64,000 nucleotides of DNA from a virus. The stretch is taken from positions 1 through 64,000 of the IMG/VR virus record IMGVR_UViG_3300022188_000226. The stretch is one strand, 5' to 3'. Positions within the stretch are counted from its first letter, which is position 1; every line of letters starts with the position of its first letter. Below the pieces are notes generated by a model that was given only the letters and a program-made list of their open reading frames with translations, made no database searches and was not told where the DNA came from. Made by a program: the position numbers and the translations under genes. Positions 32,746 to 43,540 of this stretch are shown here, piece by piece.

Positions 32746-34859
32746 TGGCTGATTATGCACAATCTATAAATTCAAATGATTTCTTATATCAACGCAAGGT
32801 ATATTTTACTAATCCTTATGTTGTGTTTAAGGCCTCTTTAGTAGTTAAATTGACGTTGACTAATGACAATTTTAATTTTGATTTATCTCAAGATGATGGT
32901 TCGGATTTTAGACTAGTTGATGGTGTAGCTACTTTAAGAATGTGGAAAGTCCATTGGTCAAAAACAGATAGACATGCTGTGTTGTTTTTTAAGTTACAGA
33001 ATGTAGGTGGCGGTGCTTCTGTATCATATAAAGCTTATTGGGGTAATAAAACTATATCTGCAAATTCAGAGCCAGAAACTCTAGATGTATTGTTTTACGA
33101 AGATTTTAATAATTCTCCACTTGACAGTTCTAAATGGGAAGGTAGTATAGCTAATGGTGTTTCAACATATGGTTATTTGCTAAAGTATGGTAGTAGTTTT
33201 CGGGTTACAACTAAAGGTTCTCCTTTAGAGGGTAAATCAAGTTGGACAATTGAAGCTGGTTTATATTGCGATTGGGATACGGACGGTGCTTGGGCTATTA
33301 GTGATTATGCAATGGTGTTTGAGTTCAGAGGTACAGAAAACGACATGGTTGTAAATGTAATGTCTAATACCAGTATTGAGCATCAAATTATACAACCTGG
33401 TGGGGAAACTTACGAATATAGTGATAAGACTCATGGCGGTTTAGAAGGTAGGTCACAGAATGATGTTTTTATCTCATATTATGAACCAAATGATACACTG
33501 GAGATAAGGTTTTTAAATAGAAAAACTTTTGGTGATGTTTCACATGTTATAAGTAGAAAAGTAGAGGGGGATACAAGACCAACTAAATTAAAAATTGGGG
33601 GTGCCGTGCATATTGAGGCTCCTAAGCCTTCTTATATAGATTGGTTAGTTATAAGAGAAGGTAGTGATACTGGTTTAGGGGAGTTAGATGGGAATGAATT
33701 ATATATACCATATGAGAATGTACCACATCAAACTCAGGATTACAAAAAATATGGGCCTGATATAACAAACGCTATGTGTCACCATGAATCTACTTTTGGA
33801 GGAGATCCTTATTTATTATCAAATAATATACATGATGATGATTTAAATGTGTGGGTAAGCGGTATTGACGCTGTTACAGTATTGGGGGGGATAAGTTTAA
33901 CTATAGATATGATGGGACAATCTAAAACCAGTGTAGTAGATCGTTCGTTCAAACATTATGATTCAGGCCACGAATATTATTATAATGCTTCGAAGTTGTC
34001 TGATTTAAATTTGGATAGATTGGGTAGAGATTTCTGGCATTGTAAAGCTACTAGTGGTTGGGCAGCTATAAGATTTCCAGAATCAAGAACTATAGGGTCT
34101 TTTAAAATTAAATTTAATGAAGCTGGAGGGACAGGCCCAAAGAATTATATATTTTTAGGTAGTAATTTTTACCCTGGAACTTATATGGAGCTTTCCAAGG
34201 AGCTTGATAGTGGTACGTTTAATAATACATTAGAATGGCAGTCTAGAAAGATAAAAGTCCCAACTCGATTCAAGTATTATATACTTGATATTAAAGACAC
34301 TTATGGTAATGGAGATATAAGGCTTCAGGAATGGCGTATGTCAGATGCTATTGGTAATGATACATTGGTTTATCCTGTACAATTAAGGCTACACCCAGGT
34401 ACATATGGGAGTTATATGGATAATTTTCCTAAGGAAATTATGTTTGAAGGATCCTTAGATGGGGTTAACTGGGTAACTCTTATACCGTGGGTATACACGT
34501 ATACACCTTATGTTGAGCATTATAAGGGTTATGAACACTGGCAAAGGTATTCTTTTGTAAACATACAAGGATTCTGGTTATTTCGTCTTAGATGCCAAGG
34601 TAATTGGGGGGCTTCTAATGGGAGGATTATTATAGGTGGGTGGTCCATTCATGAGTTAGCTGAAGAAGCTTATACTTATAGGATTTTAGGCGGAACTTCT
34701 AATAAAATACAACAGATATGGGCACAAGAGGGTACTGTTTTTGGTGATTCACATAAGATGTTTTATGTGGCTAATGAAAAAATAAATACAATAATTGAAG
34801 GGGCTACACTTAGTACTAAAGATTTACCAGACTATTACGAGGATTTTAATGTGGTATAG
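32745..34859 (+). CDS. DUF2341-domain and discoidin-like structural protein (probable start 32745, TAATG overlap)
   Basis: NFNFDLSQDDGSDFRL...YWGN...LFYEDF (DUF2341); FEGSLDGVNWVTL and FKYYILDI (discoidin-like). Confidence 0.7.
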   Translation: MADYAQSINSNDFLYQRKVYFTNPYVVFKASLVVKLTLTNDNFNFDLSQDDGSDFRLVDGVATLRMWKVHWSKTDRHAVLFFKLQNVGGGASVSYKAYWGNKTISANSEPETLDVLFYEDFNNSPLDSSKWEGSIANGVSTYGYLLKYGSSFRVTTKGSPLEGKSSWTIEAGLYCDWDTDGAWAISDYAMVFEFRGTENDMVVNVMSNTSIEHQIIQPGGETYEYSDKTHGGLEGRSQNDVFISYYEPNDTLEIRFLNRKTFGDVSHVISRKVEGDTRPTKLKIGGAVHIEAPKPSYIDWLVIREGSDTGLGELDGNELYIPYENVPHQTQDYKKYGPDITNAMCHHESTFGGDPYLLSNNIHDDDLNVWVSGIDAVTVLGGISLTIDMMGQSKTSVVDRSFKHYDSGHEYYYNASKLSDLNLDRLGRDFWHCKATSGWAAIRFPESRTIGSFKIKFNEAGGTGPKNYIFLGSNFYPGTYMELSKELDSGTFNNTLEWQSRKIKVPTRFKYYILDIKDTYGNGDIRLQEWRMSDAIGNDTLVYPVQLRLHPGTYGSYMDNFPKEIMFEGSLDGVNWVTLIPWVYTYTPYVEHYKGYEHWQRYSFVNIQGFWLFRLRCQGNWGASNGRIIIGGWSIHELAEEAYTYRILGGTSNKIQQIWAQEGTVFGDSHKMFYVANEKINTIIEGATLSTKDLPDYYEDFNVV

Positions 34860-34871
34860 GGGAAGTATAAT

Positions 34872-37800
34872 ATGGCAGTTTCAAGTTGGGTAGAGTCGGT
34901 TGAATTTGTAGATACAACTATTGCAGGGACATCTACGTCAAGAAGCATTAATTTAACAAAAGGGCAGAACTACGAAAACTGTATACCATTTTTCACAATT
35001 TATGGTAGTCAGGATTATTGGGACTGCAAGCTTACTGATGTTTATTTTTCTGGTACTACTGAATCTGGTATAATAAACTTTAGACGTTGGGATATTCGAA
35101 ATGCTAACGTGGTTAATGTGAAATGTTATATTGTAGAGTTTAATCCAGAACAAGTTAGGGTGCAACAAGGTTCGTTTAATATATCTTCATCAACAACACA
35201 TACGGTAACTTTGGGTACTACACTTAGTGGTACTGATAGAGCAGCAATGACTTTTGGTTGGAGGGCTAACGATGGTCAACAATATCCACAAAGGGTTTTT
35301 GTTCGTGGCCGTGTTACTGGTACCAGCTCCATAGATTTTTATAGAAATAGTTCTTCAAGCAGTTGTGATGGTCATTGGTTTTTATTTGAAGATTTGGGGG
35401 ATAATTTTAGAGTTATTCATAAATCAGGCTCATTCTCTGGTTCTGGTCAAACTACAACTATAGATGGCGGTAGAACTATAGACCTTTTTAGATCATTTTT
35501 ATTAGGTTCTTATGCTTCAAGTAGCACTAATGCTGGTTATGCAGATCGCTGGGCTACAAGGCAGTTTTTTTATTCAGATGGGTCAATGAGGTGGGATAAA
35601 ACTAGTTCTAGCTATAATACTATTTATTGGGCCAGTCAAATATTCGAGTTTGTGGATAAAACTAAGGTGTACGTACCGTTTGACCACTATCGTGATGGTT
35701 GGACTTCACCTGCTATAATAAATAGGAATGTTGGTGGCACTTCTACTAGAGTACCATGGAAAGTCAATCTTGATACTAGTTCGGTGGTTGTTGGTTGTAT
35801 GCAAGGAATAACAAGAGGAATAACTACAAATGATACTGGCCAGATAAATGAACTCATGACTGGAGCCTGGTTGACTGCTAGTGGTACTATAACTAAAGCT
35901 AAAACAACAGGAAGTTACACTACTTACCCAAGCTACATAGTAGCAGTGGATTGGGCTGGTATAGATATAGATATTGGTACAGCTGATCCTGTGGATATTA
36001 TACCTGAAGGTAATGAGCCCAATCAATCTTTTGTAAGGACAGTTGAGAATTTTAGATTTACTCTTGAAGACCATGTGGGTGCTAGAGTTTTATCTAAAGG
36101 ACAGAATTGGAGAAATTGTGTTCCTTTTGTGTCTTGTAGAGGTACGTCTGGTGACCATGTCAGAGAACACATGGCTAAGGTAAAAATCTTAGAACCAGGT
36201 ATAGTATACTTTAAAAGGGGAGATCTTACAGGGCAGAATTATATTGATGTAAGTATTGTTGAATTTTGGCCTGATCAGGTAAAGGTTCAACATATAGATA
36301 GATATACACAGCTTACTCAGACAATTAACCAGCCTATAGAAGAGGTATCTTCTTTAGATAGGTGTTTTATAAGATCTACTATTTTTAATCCACATAATGT
36401 CCAATATGGTAGGGAGGGGTTTGCAAGAGTAAGGTTTACTTCAACATCAAATGTTGAAATATACAGAGGTGGTTCTGGATATGAAGTAGATGTATCATTT
36501 TTTGTTATAGAGGATTTAGGAGATAATTTTAGAACTGCTCACACTACTCCAAGTTCTTTTTCTGGTCAGACATATAAATGGTATAATATGAGCCGTCTTT
36601 GGATGTACCATAATTCATTTTTGAATGCCAGTTATACGACTAGTGCTTCTAGTGGTTATCCATCAGCAAATTTTATAAGATCTTACAAGAAGTATGAATT
36701 TTTTCCAGCATACTCTGATAAGAGTAGTACTTCTTCTTACACTATATACCCTACGTATACAGTTGTTGTTTTTTTGGATAATCGTAGACATTGTGCACAA
36801 TACACCCCTACCATGTCAACAAACAATCCACAGTTATATTATTATTCTTCATCTTTTATAGGGCATGAACACGCTATTTCTTTATTTCATACTACTAATA
36901 ATAGTACTGGTAGGTGTAACACTAGTGATGTTGCTGGAGTATCAGAAGCGTTCTTTACAGCTAGAATAACAGATTATGAGACTAGAGAGATAGAAATAAC
37001 AAAACAAGGTACTAGTTATACTAGTTATGGTACTTTTTCTTTTATAGATTGGATAGGGGCACATTATCAAGATGAGATTAACATTCTTCCAAGTGTGCCT
37101 ACAAGATCTAAACCATTAGTATCTATAGAGCGTTATTATAGTGATTCTACTGATGCTCACCACGTGGTTTGTTTAACAAAAGGCCAAGATATTAGTCAAT
37201 GCGTACCATTTGTTGTGAACGCAGCTGGTCGTACAGATAATGAGTTTCCAGGTTTATTTAAAGCTGTTTATAGGTTTGACAACTCAGATATGTTTATAAT
37301 TCGTTTTGGTTACAGTCAGCAAATTAATAGAGATTTAACAATGTGGATACTAGAATTTGATCCAAGTGTTAAAGTACAATATGGTTTTGTAGATATGACT
37401 GGAACTTCTAAACAGGTTACAATTGAGGAAGTAAATATGGATAGGACTTTCTTACATTTTTATGGTTATGGGTGTTCTGGCGAAGATTACCCAAGGTCCC
37501 ATCTTATTTGTGGCAGAATTAAAGACTCTACGACATTAGAGTTTTATAGATACTATTCTTCTGAGTCTTCAGGTATTTCTTGGTATGTTGTAGAGTGTGC
37601 TGATCAAGGTGAAGATAGTTATTGGAGAGTTCAGAGTGACTATAGAACAAGTCTTGGAGGTTCTAGTAGTGTATATTCCTATTTAAGTAAATTACCATAT
37701 GTGGATAGAACCATGTTCTTGGCTTCTTATACTTCTACTGCACCTGGTGTAGGCCCGAGTTATAATTTTTATAGAGGCTATAACAGACAAGATGAAGTTA

Positions 37801-38498
37801 TACAATTTAACAAGCATAACAGTTCTAGTTACGATATGCAAAATTTAGCAGTACAGGCTATAGAATTTAGTAAAGATATGGCGGTTAAAGGGTTTAAGGT
37901 GGTGTCTGACTTCTTTTATATGAGCACAACTAACCCTGTAACATTCGAGCTTAAACAGTTTGAGAGCGAAAAGTTTCAGATATATAGGTCTATAGCTATG
38001 AACATGAATTCACAAAACATGACTCGTTGTGACACCATAGACGAGAATGGTATTAGGGAAAGTTTTCACCACTATGAATTTATAGATGATGGTGATGGGT
38101 ACTCTGACAGCATACAGGCTACTAAGAGTCACTCTTCTTATACACAGGCTAACTATATTTATGCTATTCAGTTTCCTGAATTTAATAAATATTATTTTGA
38201 AGGTTACACATCAGAACGAGGTGTTCATGTACCTAGAATAGTACGTGCATATAGGGCTGATACACATAAACTAGTTGATACGATAATGTCGGTTAGTGGT
38301 ACAGGTTACTTCTGGGTGGAAACTCCTTACGAAGGGGAACATTACATAATATGTGAGGATGACGAAGCTGGTTTTGATTATAATGATTTAATTTATAGTA
38401 GAGTTTATCCTACAGTTATATCAGGAAGTTTTGCTTATTTAGAAGGAGACGTAACTACTTCAGGTTTGTCTATAGGTGTACCGTTAGGACTTCAATAG
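34872..38498 (+). CDS. Putative tail adhesin with three large internal repeats (H-type-lectin-like) and a C-terminal Ig-like domain
   Basis: LTKGQNYENCIPFF / LSKGQNWRNCVPFV / LTKGQDISQCVPFV; IVEFNPEQVRVQ / IVEFWPDQVKVQ / ILEFDPSVKVQ. Confidence 0.7.
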   Translation: MAVSSWVESVEFVDTTIAGTSTSRSINLTKGQNYENCIPFFTIYGSQDYWDCKLTDVYFSGTTESGIINFRRWDIRNANVVNVKCYIVEFNPEQVRVQQGSFNISSSTTHTVTLGTTLSGTDRAAMTFGWRANDGQQYPQRVFVRGRVTGTSSIDFYRNSSSSSCDGHWFLFEDLGDNFRVIHKSGSFSGSGQTTTIDGGRTIDLFRSFLLGSYASSSTNAGYADRWATRQFFYSDGSMRWDKTSSSYNTIYWASQIFEFVDKTKVYVPFDHYRDGWTSPAIINRNVGGTSTRVPWKVNLDTSSVVVGCMQGITRGITTNDTGQINELMTGAWLTASGTITKAKTTGSYTTYPSYIVAVDWAGIDIDIGTADPVDIIPEGNEPNQSFVRTVENFRFTLEDHVGARVLSKGQNWRNCVPFVSCRGTSGDHVREHMAKVKILEPGIVYFKRGDLTGQNYIDVSIVEFWPDQVKVQHIDRYTQLTQTINQPIEEVSSLDRCFIRSTIFNPHNVQYGREGFARVRFTSTSNVEIYRGGSGYEVDVSFFVIEDLGDNFRTAHTTPSSFSGQTYKWYNMSRLWMYHNSFLNASYTTSASSGYPSANFIRSYKKYEFFPAYSDKSSTSSYTIYPTYTVVVFLDNRRHCAQYTPTMSTNNPQLYYYSSSFIGHEHAISLFHTTNNSTGRCNTSDVAGVSEAFFTARITDYETREIEITKQGTSYTSYGTFSFIDWIGAHYQDEINILPSVPTRSKPLVSIERYYSDSTDAHHVVCLTKGQDISQCVPFVVNAAGRTDNEFPGLFKAVYRFDNSDMFIIRFGYSQQINRDLTMWILEFDPSVKVQYGFVDMTGTSKQVTIEEVNMDRTFLHFYGYGCSGEDYPRSHLICGRIKDSTTLEFYRYYSSESSGISWYVVECADQGEDSYWRVQSDYRTSLGGSSSVYSYLSKLPYVDRTMFLASYTSTAPGVGPSYNFYRGYNRQDEVIQFNKHNSSSYDMQNLAVQAIEFSKDMAVKGFKVVSDFFYMSTTNPVTFELKQFESEKFQIYRSIAMNMNSQNMTRCDTIDENGIRESFHHYEFIDDGDGYSDSIQATKSHSSYTQANYIYAIQFPEFNKYYFEGYTSERGVHVPRIVRAYRADTHKLVDTIMSVSGTGYFWVETPYEGEHYIICEDDEAGFDYNDLIYSRVYPTVISGSFAYLEGDVTTSGLSIGVPLGLQ

Positions 38499-38511
38499 AG
38501 GGGAATAATAA

Positions 38512-41500
38512 ATGATAGCAGCATATATTAGTGCAACTCAATTTAGGGTTGAGGAGGATCTTACTGCCGAATTTCTGCCCGGCCGAAGAATTAAAGCTGA
38601 TTGTGGTGGAGATGGCTATAAGTATTCTACAGTAACCAGTAGATCTTATTCTAATCCATATACTACAGTTACTATAGCAGAAGGAGAACTTACATCTAAC
38701 TTAATTGATGTACTGTATGGTATCGTTAATGTTGGGTCAGAAGGTTCTTTCCCGAAACATACTCATGACAGTTCTGAGGGGCAAGGTGGAGTAATATCTT
38801 TTGACGACCTTGCAGATAATGATATAGATTTTTTACAGTTGATAGACACACCATCATCATATGAGTCTAATAAGGTACTTGAAACCACTGGTTCTGGTAT
38901 AGTTTTTTCAGATAAGCTAGATAATTTTCTACAATTGACGGATACTCCTACAACCTATTCTGGGGCTGAAGGAAAATACATTATTGCTACAACTTCAGGT
39001 CTTGAATTTACAACAATTTCTGGTGGTTCTGGTTCCTCAGATGTTGAATCTTTTCTGGATTTAAACGATACACCAACAACTTATTCTGGAACTGAAGGGC
39101 AGGTCGCTACATCCACTGGCTCTGGCATAGTTTTTTCAAATATAGATGTTACAAATGTTCCTCTAGTAACAGGAGCACAAGGAATTAAAGTTGAATATAA
39201 ATCAGATAATGAAGTGTATTTTAATCCAGGATACGTTCATTTAAAAGATAGCAACTACGACACTTATGTACTAGATCAGAGAATCAGTATACAGAATACA
39301 GGCCTGGAAGCGAGCACATGGTATTTCATATATGTGGAAGAACCTGGAGTTGGTAATTTACTATCAGCTGAAAATTTTACATTTTCCAGTATAGTTCCTA
39401 CTTTAGACTATGTAAATCAAGGTTACTATAACGGATTTAAGAGGTGTGTAGGGTTTGTAGTAACAGACAGTGGTTCTGATATTATAAGGTTTGAACAAAA
39501 CGGTAGTGACTACTGGTTTGTTCCTAAAATACAAGATTTTTCTTGGGCACTTGTGTCAGATTCAATAGATGTTGCTTGTACTTCACCGTTTGGCGACTTA
39601 ATTGTACATACACGTGTTCGTGGTAGAAACGATAGTGCTACTCATACTACTTTTTTTATTGGTACTCCAGGATTAAATAACCAGACAGAACTTATTTATT
39701 CTAACCAGGATTCCAATATATTTGCAACCAGTTACCAAAGTATTCTAACAGATAGTTCTAAGCAAATCCGTATAACTGCAAATTATTATGATATTAAATT
39801 TAATTTGAATACTGCTGGTTTCCAGATGCCGAACTATATTTATGGTACCACAAATATTGTTGATAATGATTTCACTACAATTAGCGGAGTAGAATCGTCG
39901 TTCATAGCAGACACTCTGGTAAAAGAGTGGAATTTTACTACCGCCAGCGGATTTGACGAGACTTTCACATGGGATGGTGATGAAGATGATATTCTTTATT
40001 TTGAAACTATAAATGCTAATATCCCAGCTGGTTCCAATATTTGTATGCAGTTTAATAATGATATTACAAGTAATTATGGTAAGGCTTTGTTGTCCCAAGA
40101 TGGGACAGATGTTAATGCTTTCGAAACTTTTGCAGATACACATATTATTATTACCAATAGTGTTGGAATTGAGAGTAGTAAAATGACCATGTGGCTAAAG
40201 AATACTGGCCAGAAGAGAATGGGCATTACTCAGTTTGCTACAAGAAGGACTGATTACTCTGGTAAGTGGCACACAGGTACTGTGTCTCATTTTTGGGATA
40301 ATACCACTTCAAAGATTACATCTATTAAAATCTGGTCTGGGAATAATGATGTTACCGGTACTTTTAGATTGTATAAACGTGGTAAGGTGCAGCTCCCACT
40401 GCCCTCAGGAGCAGGCAGTGGTACGTCTGCTGTACAATCATTTTTGGACCTTACTGATACTCCAACAACTTATTCTGGAACTGAAGGGCAGGTTGCTACA
40501 TCTACTGGGTCTGGTATAGCTTTTACGGGTCTTTCTGGTTATGTTCCGTGGGATTTCGGTGATGGTACAATATCAGGTACTGGAGACATCTACTGTAATG
40601 ACCTTCATACAGCGAGTGGCACAGTATATATTGGTGATCTAAAACTTTCTTCCACCGATGGAGAAAATCTGTTGGTGAACGACGATCCTATAGCAGCTGA
40701 AGCACAATCTTTCTTGGACCTTACTGACACATCAACAACCTATTCTGGATCGGCAGGTCGATATTTAACAACAGCATCCAACGGAATAGAATTCTCAGAT
40801 GTTTTAGCACCATCATTTGCTGCAAAAGGAACTCAATCAATAAAAGTTGAATACAAGGACACTGATGAAGTATATTTAAATCAAGGAGTAGTACATATAA
40901 ATGACGCTTCTGTTGATGGTTATTATAAAATTTCATCTCGTTTAACAAAACAACTTACTTCTCTATCGGCCAGCGTTTGGTATTATATTTATATAAAAAA
41001 ACCAGTCACTGGGAATGAAATAACCGTTAGTGAAATAGAGTATTCAATATCTGTCCCAGAAAAAAGTCTAACAAAATTAGGATATTATCATACAACAAAC
41101 ACTGGTTGGAGGTGCATCGGTGTATTTAAAAGTGATGCTACGTCTGATGTAGAAGAATTTCATAGCCAAAATAATTTATTTATATATTCACAATCAGTCG
41201 GCCTATATGGGGCTGGTATAACAACTACATCTTTTTTTGATATTACAACAAAAGTCCCGTTTAATGAGATTTCTGTAGTATGTACATTTGATTGTGACGT
41301 TGGTGCTTCTAGCTATCCGTGGGTATATTGGAGGCCAAAAGGAACTTCTAGTACTAACTGGATTTTTAGACCATCAGTAGACGGGAGAGACACAGTAGGG
41401 CTTACTGTATATATAGACATTGATAAAAAATTCCAAATACAGTTTACAGAACAACCGGTTCAGTGGATTAATATATTTGAAAACGGATTTTATTTACCGG

Positions 41501-42759
41501 ATGAATTGTATACTGGTCCAGTTTCTTCAATACAAGAAGATGTAGTACATACTTTCACAGAATTAACGGATACTCCAACAACTTATTCTGGCGTGGAAGG
41601 AAAATATTTAAGAACAACAGCTTCAGGTGTAGATTTTGTATCACTTACTAATTTAACGGAAGTTAATGTGATTGGTATACAATCAATAAAAGTTGAATAT
41701 AAAGATGTCGATGAAATTTCTTTAGGTCGAGGAGTAGTTCATATAGATAACGGGCTAATTGAAGATTATTATAAAATTTCCTCACGTATAACAAAACAAC
41801 TTACATCACTTTTAGCAAGTACTTGGTATTATATTTATATAAAACAAACAATTTCTGGGAATGAAATAACTATAAACGAAATAGAATACTCAACATCTGT
41901 CCCAGAAAAAAGTCTAACAAAATTAGGATATTATCATACAACAAACACTGGTTGGAGATGCGTAGGTTTTATACTTTCTAATTCTTCTAATAACATACAT
42001 ATGTTTTCTAACTCTGCAAATAAATATAACTATCACCCATCAATAGCAGATAAGGAATGGACACTAGAAGCCAATAACGACCCTGTTATTACACTTACAG
42101 TTCCTTTTGGTAATATAGAAACAGAAGCTTTTTATCTTGCTCGTTCTAATGATGATACGAATGGTGATTGGTTTTTATATAATTCAATCGTTGGTACTGA
42201 TAATGCTACTTATGTATCAGCATCACATAACACGTATTTTAGATATTTAAGTACTATTACAACTTATCCATGTGATTCTAATAAACAAATTAGTTTGAAG
42301 TATAGTGTTTCTAATGAGATAGGTTATAAAGTATATACTAGGGGGTTTATTACACCTGATTTTATTTACAATGGTCCAGGTAAAATAGGTGGTACTTCTG
42401 ATGTTCAAATTTTTACGGATTTAACGGATACACCAACAACTTATTCTGGAACTGAAGGGCAGGTTGCTACATCTACTGGGTCTGGTATAGCTTTTACGGG
42501 TCTTTCTGGTTATGTTCCGTGGGATTTCGGTGATGGTACAATATCAGGTACTGGAGACATCTACTGTAATGACCTTCATACAGCGAGTGGCACAGTATAT
42601 ATTGGTGATCTAAAACTTTCTTCCGCCGGTGGAAATATGCTTGTAGATGATGAGCCTATGGCATTTTCTAAAGATAATATTATTTTAACCTCACCAAACG
42701 GCAGTAAGTTTAAAATTAAAGTGGATGATAGTGGTAATTTAAGTACAGAGGCTATTTAA
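38512..42759 (+). CDS. Modular tail-fibre-like protein
   Basis: Recurring F-x-D/E/Q-L-x-DTPTTYSG linkers separate three related GxQxIKVEYK...WY.IY...GYY...RC[VI]G modules; C-terminal ILTSPNGSKFKIKVDDSGNL is a common fibre-end motif. Confidence 0.75.
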   Translation: MIAAYISATQFRVEEDLTAEFLPGRRIKADCGGDGYKYSTVTSRSYSNPYTTVTIAEGELTSNLIDVLYGIVNVGSEGSFPKHTHDSSEGQGGVISFDDLADNDIDFLQLIDTPSSYESNKVLETTGSGIVFSDKLDNFLQLTDTPTTYSGAEGKYIIATTSGLEFTTISGGSGSSDVESFLDLNDTPTTYSGTEGQVATSTGSGIVFSNIDVTNVPLVTGAQGIKVEYKSDNEVYFNPGYVHLKDSNYDTYVLDQRISIQNTGLEASTWYFIYVEEPGVGNLLSAENFTFSSIVPTLDYVNQGYYNGFKRCVGFVVTDSGSDIIRFEQNGSDYWFVPKIQDFSWALVSDSIDVACTSPFGDLIVHTRVRGRNDSATHTTFFIGTPGLNNQTELIYSNQDSNIFATSYQSILTDSSKQIRITANYYDIKFNLNTAGFQMPNYIYGTTNIVDNDFTTISGVESSFIADTLVKEWNFTTASGFDETFTWDGDEDDILYFETINANIPAGSNICMQFNNDITSNYGKALLSQDGTDVNAFETFADTHIIITNSVGIESSKMTMWLKNTGQKRMGITQFATRRTDYSGKWHTGTVSHFWDNTTSKITSIKIWSGNNDVTGTFRLYKRGKVQLPLPSGAGSGTSAVQSFLDLTDTPTTYSGTEGQVATSTGSGIAFTGLSGYVPWDFGDGTISGTGDIYCNDLHTASGTVYIGDLKLSSTDGENLLVNDDPIAAEAQSFLDLTDTSTTYSGSAGRYLTTASNGIEFSDVLAPSFAAKGTQSIKVEYKDTDEVYLNQGVVHINDASVDGYYKISSRLTKQLTSLSASVWYYIYIKKPVTGNEITVSEIEYSISVPEKSLTKLGYYHTTNTGWRCIGVFKSDATSDVEEFHSQNNLFIYSQSVGLYGAGITTTSFFDITTKVPFNEISVVCTFDCDVGASSYPWVYWRPKGTSSTNWIFRPSVDGRDTVGLTVYIDIDKKFQIQFTEQPVQWINIFENGFYLPDELYTGPVSSIQEDVVHTFTELTDTPTTYSGVEGKYLRTTASGVDFVSLTNLTEVNVIGIQSIKVEYKDVDEISLGRGVVHIDNGLIEDYYKISSRITKQLTSLLASTWYYIYIKQTISGNEITINEIEYSTSVPEKSLTKLGYYHTTNTGWRCVGFILSNSSNNIHMFSNSANKYNYHPSIADKEWTLEANNDPVITLTVPFGNIETEAFYLARSNDDTNGDWFLYNSIVGTDNATYVSASHNTYFRYLSTITTYPCDSNKQISLKYSVSNEIGYKVYTRGFITPDFIYNGPGKIGGTSDVQIFTDLTDTPTTYSGTEGQVATSTGSGIAFTGLSGYVPWDFGDGTISGTGDIYCNDLHTASGTVYIGDLKLSSAGGNMLVDDEPMAFSKDNIILTSPNGSKFKIKVDDSGNLSTEAI
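40462..40653 (+). repeat. 192-bp exact direct repeat, copy 1 (copy 2 at 42433..42624)
   Basis: Identical from CCAACAACTTATTCTGG to CTAAAACTTTCTTCC; offset 1971 bp, in frame. Confidence 0.9.
41049..41111 (+). repeat. 63-bp exact direct repeat (second copy at 41895..41957)
   Basis: ATCTGTCCCAGAAAAAAG...ACTGGTTGGAG occurs twice; offset 846 bp, in frame. Confidence 0.85.
42433..42624 (+). repeat. 192-bp exact direct repeat, copy 2
   Basis: Identical to 40462..40653. Confidence 0.9.
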
Positions 42760-43532
42760 TGTCAAACGCGTGGTATGATATAGGTAGTTGGCAGTGGACG
42801 GATAATAACGATGATCAGTGGGGGTTTTCCACTGGTCTTGCAGCGGAAGGTCTAGTTCAAATATGGACAGACAATAAATACGTCTATGCAGCCACTTCTA
42901 GTGGTTTAGCAATAGTTGATATAGAATTAGAGCAGCAGATATCTTTTGCAACTAATCGAGAAGGTTACACTACAGTATGGACAGATGATGAGAAGATTTT
43001 AGTTGGGAGTTCTAGGGGTATAAAGGTTATGGACAAGGAAAATGTTGGACCAGAAGAAGTTTTTTTGTATTTACAGGATTACGCAAGAACACCCGATATT
43101 ACCAGTGAAGACGTTAGATACATACACGGCAATGAAAACAAATTGATTTGTTGTACTGCTGAAGGTGTTGATGTTTTTTGGAGAAACTCTACAGGTTATA
43201 GAGTATACACAGAATTGTCGGGGGCTAAGAAATGTTTTGCAACTCCTAATAATTATTTTTATTACACTGTATCAGGTACATCTGTTTCTGGTACACCACC
43301 ATGGTATATATGCAGATTAAATGATGTTACAAGTAATTGGAATGAGCCAGATGTAACATACACAACCGGTAGTGGGTTCTTGGTAGATGCTGCTTGTCTA
43401 AATGATTTTTATGTAACAGAACACACTTCTATTAGTGGTATGAACAATACATTGTTTGTAGCCACAGATGCTGGTGTTTATGTATATGATGAGGGTGCAG
43501 ACCGATACGCGGTCTACACTACTGTTTCTTAG
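42759..43532 (+). CDS. Small beta-propeller-like structural protein
   Basis: Blade-like repeats IWTD..YVYAATSSGLAIV / VWTD..ILVGSSRGIKV / LICCTAEGVDV / LFVATDAGVYV. Confidence 0.65.
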   Translation: MSNAWYDIGSWQWTDNNDDQWGFSTGLAAEGLVQIWTDNKYVYAATSSGLAIVDIELEQQISFATNREGYTTVWTDDEKILVGSSRGIKVMDKENVGPEEVFLYLQDYARTPDITSEDVRYIHGNENKLICCTAEGVDVFWRNSTGYRVYTELSGAKKCFATPNNYFYYTVSGTSVSGTPPWYICRLNDVTSNWNEPDVTYTTGSGFLVDAACLNDFYVTEHTSISGMNNTLFVATDAGVYVYDEGADRYAVYTTVS

Positions 43533-43540
43533 GAGGTTAT

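Noticed and set aside
40462-42624. Tail-fibre repeats considered as a DGR template/variable pair or an invertible shufflon
   Set aside because: The copies are identical and direct, with no adenine-specific mismatches or inverted sites, and no reverse transcriptase or invertase is present in the window.
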